Shown here one piece after another: positions 24,465-25,988 of a stretch of DNA of 25,988 bases. The position numbers and the translations under genes were made by a program. The stretch is from a virus (Duplodnaviria > Caudoviricetes): the IMG/VR virus record IMGVR_UViG_3300044268_002704, positions 1-25,988 of that record, one strand, 5' to 3'. Positions within the stretch are counted from its first letter, which is position 1; the number at the start of each line of letters is the position of its first letter. The notes below the pieces were generated by a model. The model was not told where the DNA came from. It searched no databases and saw nothing but the letters and a program-made list of their open reading frames with translations.

Positions 24465-25319
24465 CTATGATTCTCTACAAGTTACTTTAATTAAACCAGC
24501 GGTATCGATTACAACTGCTCCAGCAGAATACATCGCACTTACTAAAAACGAAGTTTTTTCTGGAACATAATTAACCTCCACTTTTGGTGCGACACTTACG
24601 CCACATCCAATCGCTGATCTGTGATAAAAGAAAGTGTTTCTATCCGAACTGCCATCAATGGCAAGTCCGCCCTCTGAACGATCACCAACAACATGAAACT
24701 GAAATCCCATCATGGTATCAATCTCACCTTGCACTAATGCTCGAATGTTTTGGAAATCACCAGAGATTGCTCTTTCATCGCCTAATAGTCCAGCAATGCT
24801 GTTCGCATGAACAACCGCATGACGATCTGTTGGTGGAACATTAGCAGCATCCATAGCTTTTTTTGCTGCAATAATTTTTCCGATATTCAGATCTGATGCT
24901 GCTGCTGATCCTGAAGTTACTACTGTATTTGCAATAGTTGCTCCTGGTGAAGCTGCTTCCATAACATCGATAATAATTTGATCTTCTCTTCTGGCAATGG
25001 CTTTGCCGACTACATTTGCCAATTCAGATCTTTCGTCAAAATTTACCTTACTTTGATCGAAGATATCACTATATTCAGCCGCAATAAAATCTGAAAGCTG
25101 AGCTGTCGCTGAGCTGAACTCGGTGTTTAAAGGAATAATATCGGATTGTGGGGTTCTAACTTGAGCCACGCCTTTTCCAATTTTAGGAAACTTGACTTGA
25201 GATCCCTGAACATTTGTTCTCATTCTAACACTATTATTCAAAACAGATTCACCTTGATATGCTTGTTTTACCTCCGCTTCAAACAGGGTAATAAAAGCTG
25301 TTGATAATCCTGTACTCAT
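24465..25319 (-). CDS. Major capsid protein
   Basis: FITLFEAEVKQAYQ...KFPKIGKG...AAEYSDIFDQ...AIARREDQIII; position after the scaffold gene. Confidence 0.92.
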   Translation of the reverse strand: MSTGLSTAFITLFEAEVKQAYQGESVLNNSVRMRTNVQGSQVKFPKIGKGVAQVRTPQSDIIPLNTEFSSATAQLSDFIAAEYSDIFDQSKVNFDERSELANVVGKAIARREDQIIIDVMEAASPGATIANTVVTSGSAAASDLNIGKIIAAKKAMDAANVPPTDRHAVVHANSIAGLLGDERAISGDFQNIRALVQGEIDTMMGFQFHVVGDRSEGGLAIDGSSDRNTFFYHRSAIGCGVSVAPKVEVNYVPEKTSFLVSAMYSAGAVVIDTAGLIKVTCRES

Positions 25320-25357
25320 AATTGTACTCCTGTTAAATAATTAAAATTTTTATTAAT

Positions 25358-25456
25358 CGCTTCGGTTATTGGAATAAGATCCAGCCAAACATATAAGGAA
25401 TTGCCTTACACAATCTCATTTCTGAGAAGCCAAACCAGCCGAAAAGGTTATTGGTT
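25358..25456 (-). ncRNA. Candidate structured 5' leader of the capsid mRNA
   Basis: Four predicted hairpins; two share the internal loop CC-AAUAA-CC / GG-CU-GG. Confidence 0.5.
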
Positions 25457-25462
25457 ATTTAA

Positions 25463-25491
25463 TTTATAAACCATGTAAAATCATTTTACAA
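25463..25491 (-). promoter_or_regulatory. Capsid promoter overlapped by a palindrome
   Basis: TTGTAA-N17-TATAAA; perfect palindrome TGTAAAAT-C-ATTTTACA at 25474-25490. Confidence 0.65.
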
Positions 25492-25506
25492 GAAAAAAAG
25501 TACCTT

Positions 25507-25734
25507 CTAGCGTTTATCGTAAATGCGGTGATACGTTTTTTTAAGAAACTTTTTTATAAATGCCTTAATCCATGACTTTAAATAGAACTTTGCTATGCGA
25601 ATAGGGATGAGTAGGGGAGTCGTTAAAATATCAAAAATCAATAAAAACAGATCAACACTAAAATCAATAATATTATCTGCATCTTTAAATTTTTGTTTGA
25701 TTGTCTTTAGGATAGTTTGCCTAACCTTTCTAAC
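25507..25734 (-). CDS. Small membrane-protein-like reading frame with no canonical start at its 5' end
   Basis: 75 sense codons ...ILKTIKQKFKDADNIIDFSVDLFLLIFDILTTPLLIPIRIAKFYLKSWIKAFIKKFLKKTYHRIYDKR; fills the gap between scaffold and capsid promoter. Confidence 0.5.
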   Translation of the reverse strand, partial: VRKVRQTILKTIKQKFKDADNIIDFSVDLFLLIFDILTTPLLIPIRIAKFYLKSWIKAFIKKFLKKTYHRIYDKR

Positions 25735-25988
25735 TCAATCATGTCTTTTTCCACTTTCTTTCTAAAGGCGTCATCCGTTGCGTATTTAGGATCAGCAACC
25801 CTCGATAATACTTCATCTTTGTCTAAACCATCAACTTGCATATTCATAGTGGGTATTTCTTTTTCGCCTGTCATACCTCTAAAAATATTTAAGATTCGTA
25901 TACCTTGAGCAGTACCCCCCATGATTTTAAATTCTTCAAAGTCCTCTTTGTTTAAGATTCCCTGACTGACTAACTTTCTACCCCAATT
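25707..25988 (-). CDS. Capsid scaffolding protein, C-terminal part
   Basis: Frame open to the window edge (NWGRKLVSQGILNKEDFEEFKIMGGTAQG...DPKYATDDAFRKKVE); upstream of the capsid gene. Confidence 0.8.
   Translation of the reverse strand, partial: NWGRKLVSQGILNKEDFEEFKIMGGTAQGIRILNIFRGMTGEKEIPTMNMQVDGLDKDEVLSRVADPKYATDDAFRKKVEKDMIELERLGKLS

Noticed and set aside
24454-24480. T7 10B-like frameshift fusing the capsid to the downstream 91-aa protein
   Set aside because: The downstream frame has a TAA two codons before its ATG and has its own strong RBS.
1-25988. CRISPR array, tRNA, rRNA, IS element or diversity-generating retroelement
   Set aside because: No regularly spaced repeats, cloverleaf, transposase or reverse transcriptase was seen by eye.

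Overview
About 26 kb of an AT-rich podovirus genome. Gene content and order resemble HTVC010P-like marine phages; a marine alphaproteobacterial host is an inference only. The window is cut inside terL (left) and the scaffold gene (right), so the portal lies outside it. The left arm (- strand) carries terL, a C5 cytosine methyltransferase encoded as two overlapping frames, terS, an SSB-like protein, an HTH replication initiator with internal iterons, DUF3310, DUF1064, two Zn-finger proteins and a ribbon-helix-helix repressor. The divergent + strand module carries a serine recombinase, a wHTH protein, a YqaJ exonuclease, an annealing protein and an isolated LexA DNA-binding domain, plus a dif-like site flanked by NrdR-box-like motifs. 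The right arm (- strand) carries scaffold, major capsid, adaptor, nozzle, internal virion proteins, tail fibre and chaperone, very basic microproteins and lysis genes. Most notable are three things. First, a small basic gene is split by a 23-nt hairpin insert whose layout matches a T4 gene 60-style ribosomal bypass. Second, the nested methyltransferase frame carries motif IX and four tandem TP repeats. Third, the dif-like site sits among NrdR-like boxes. All family assignments come from motif recognition by eye, not database searches.
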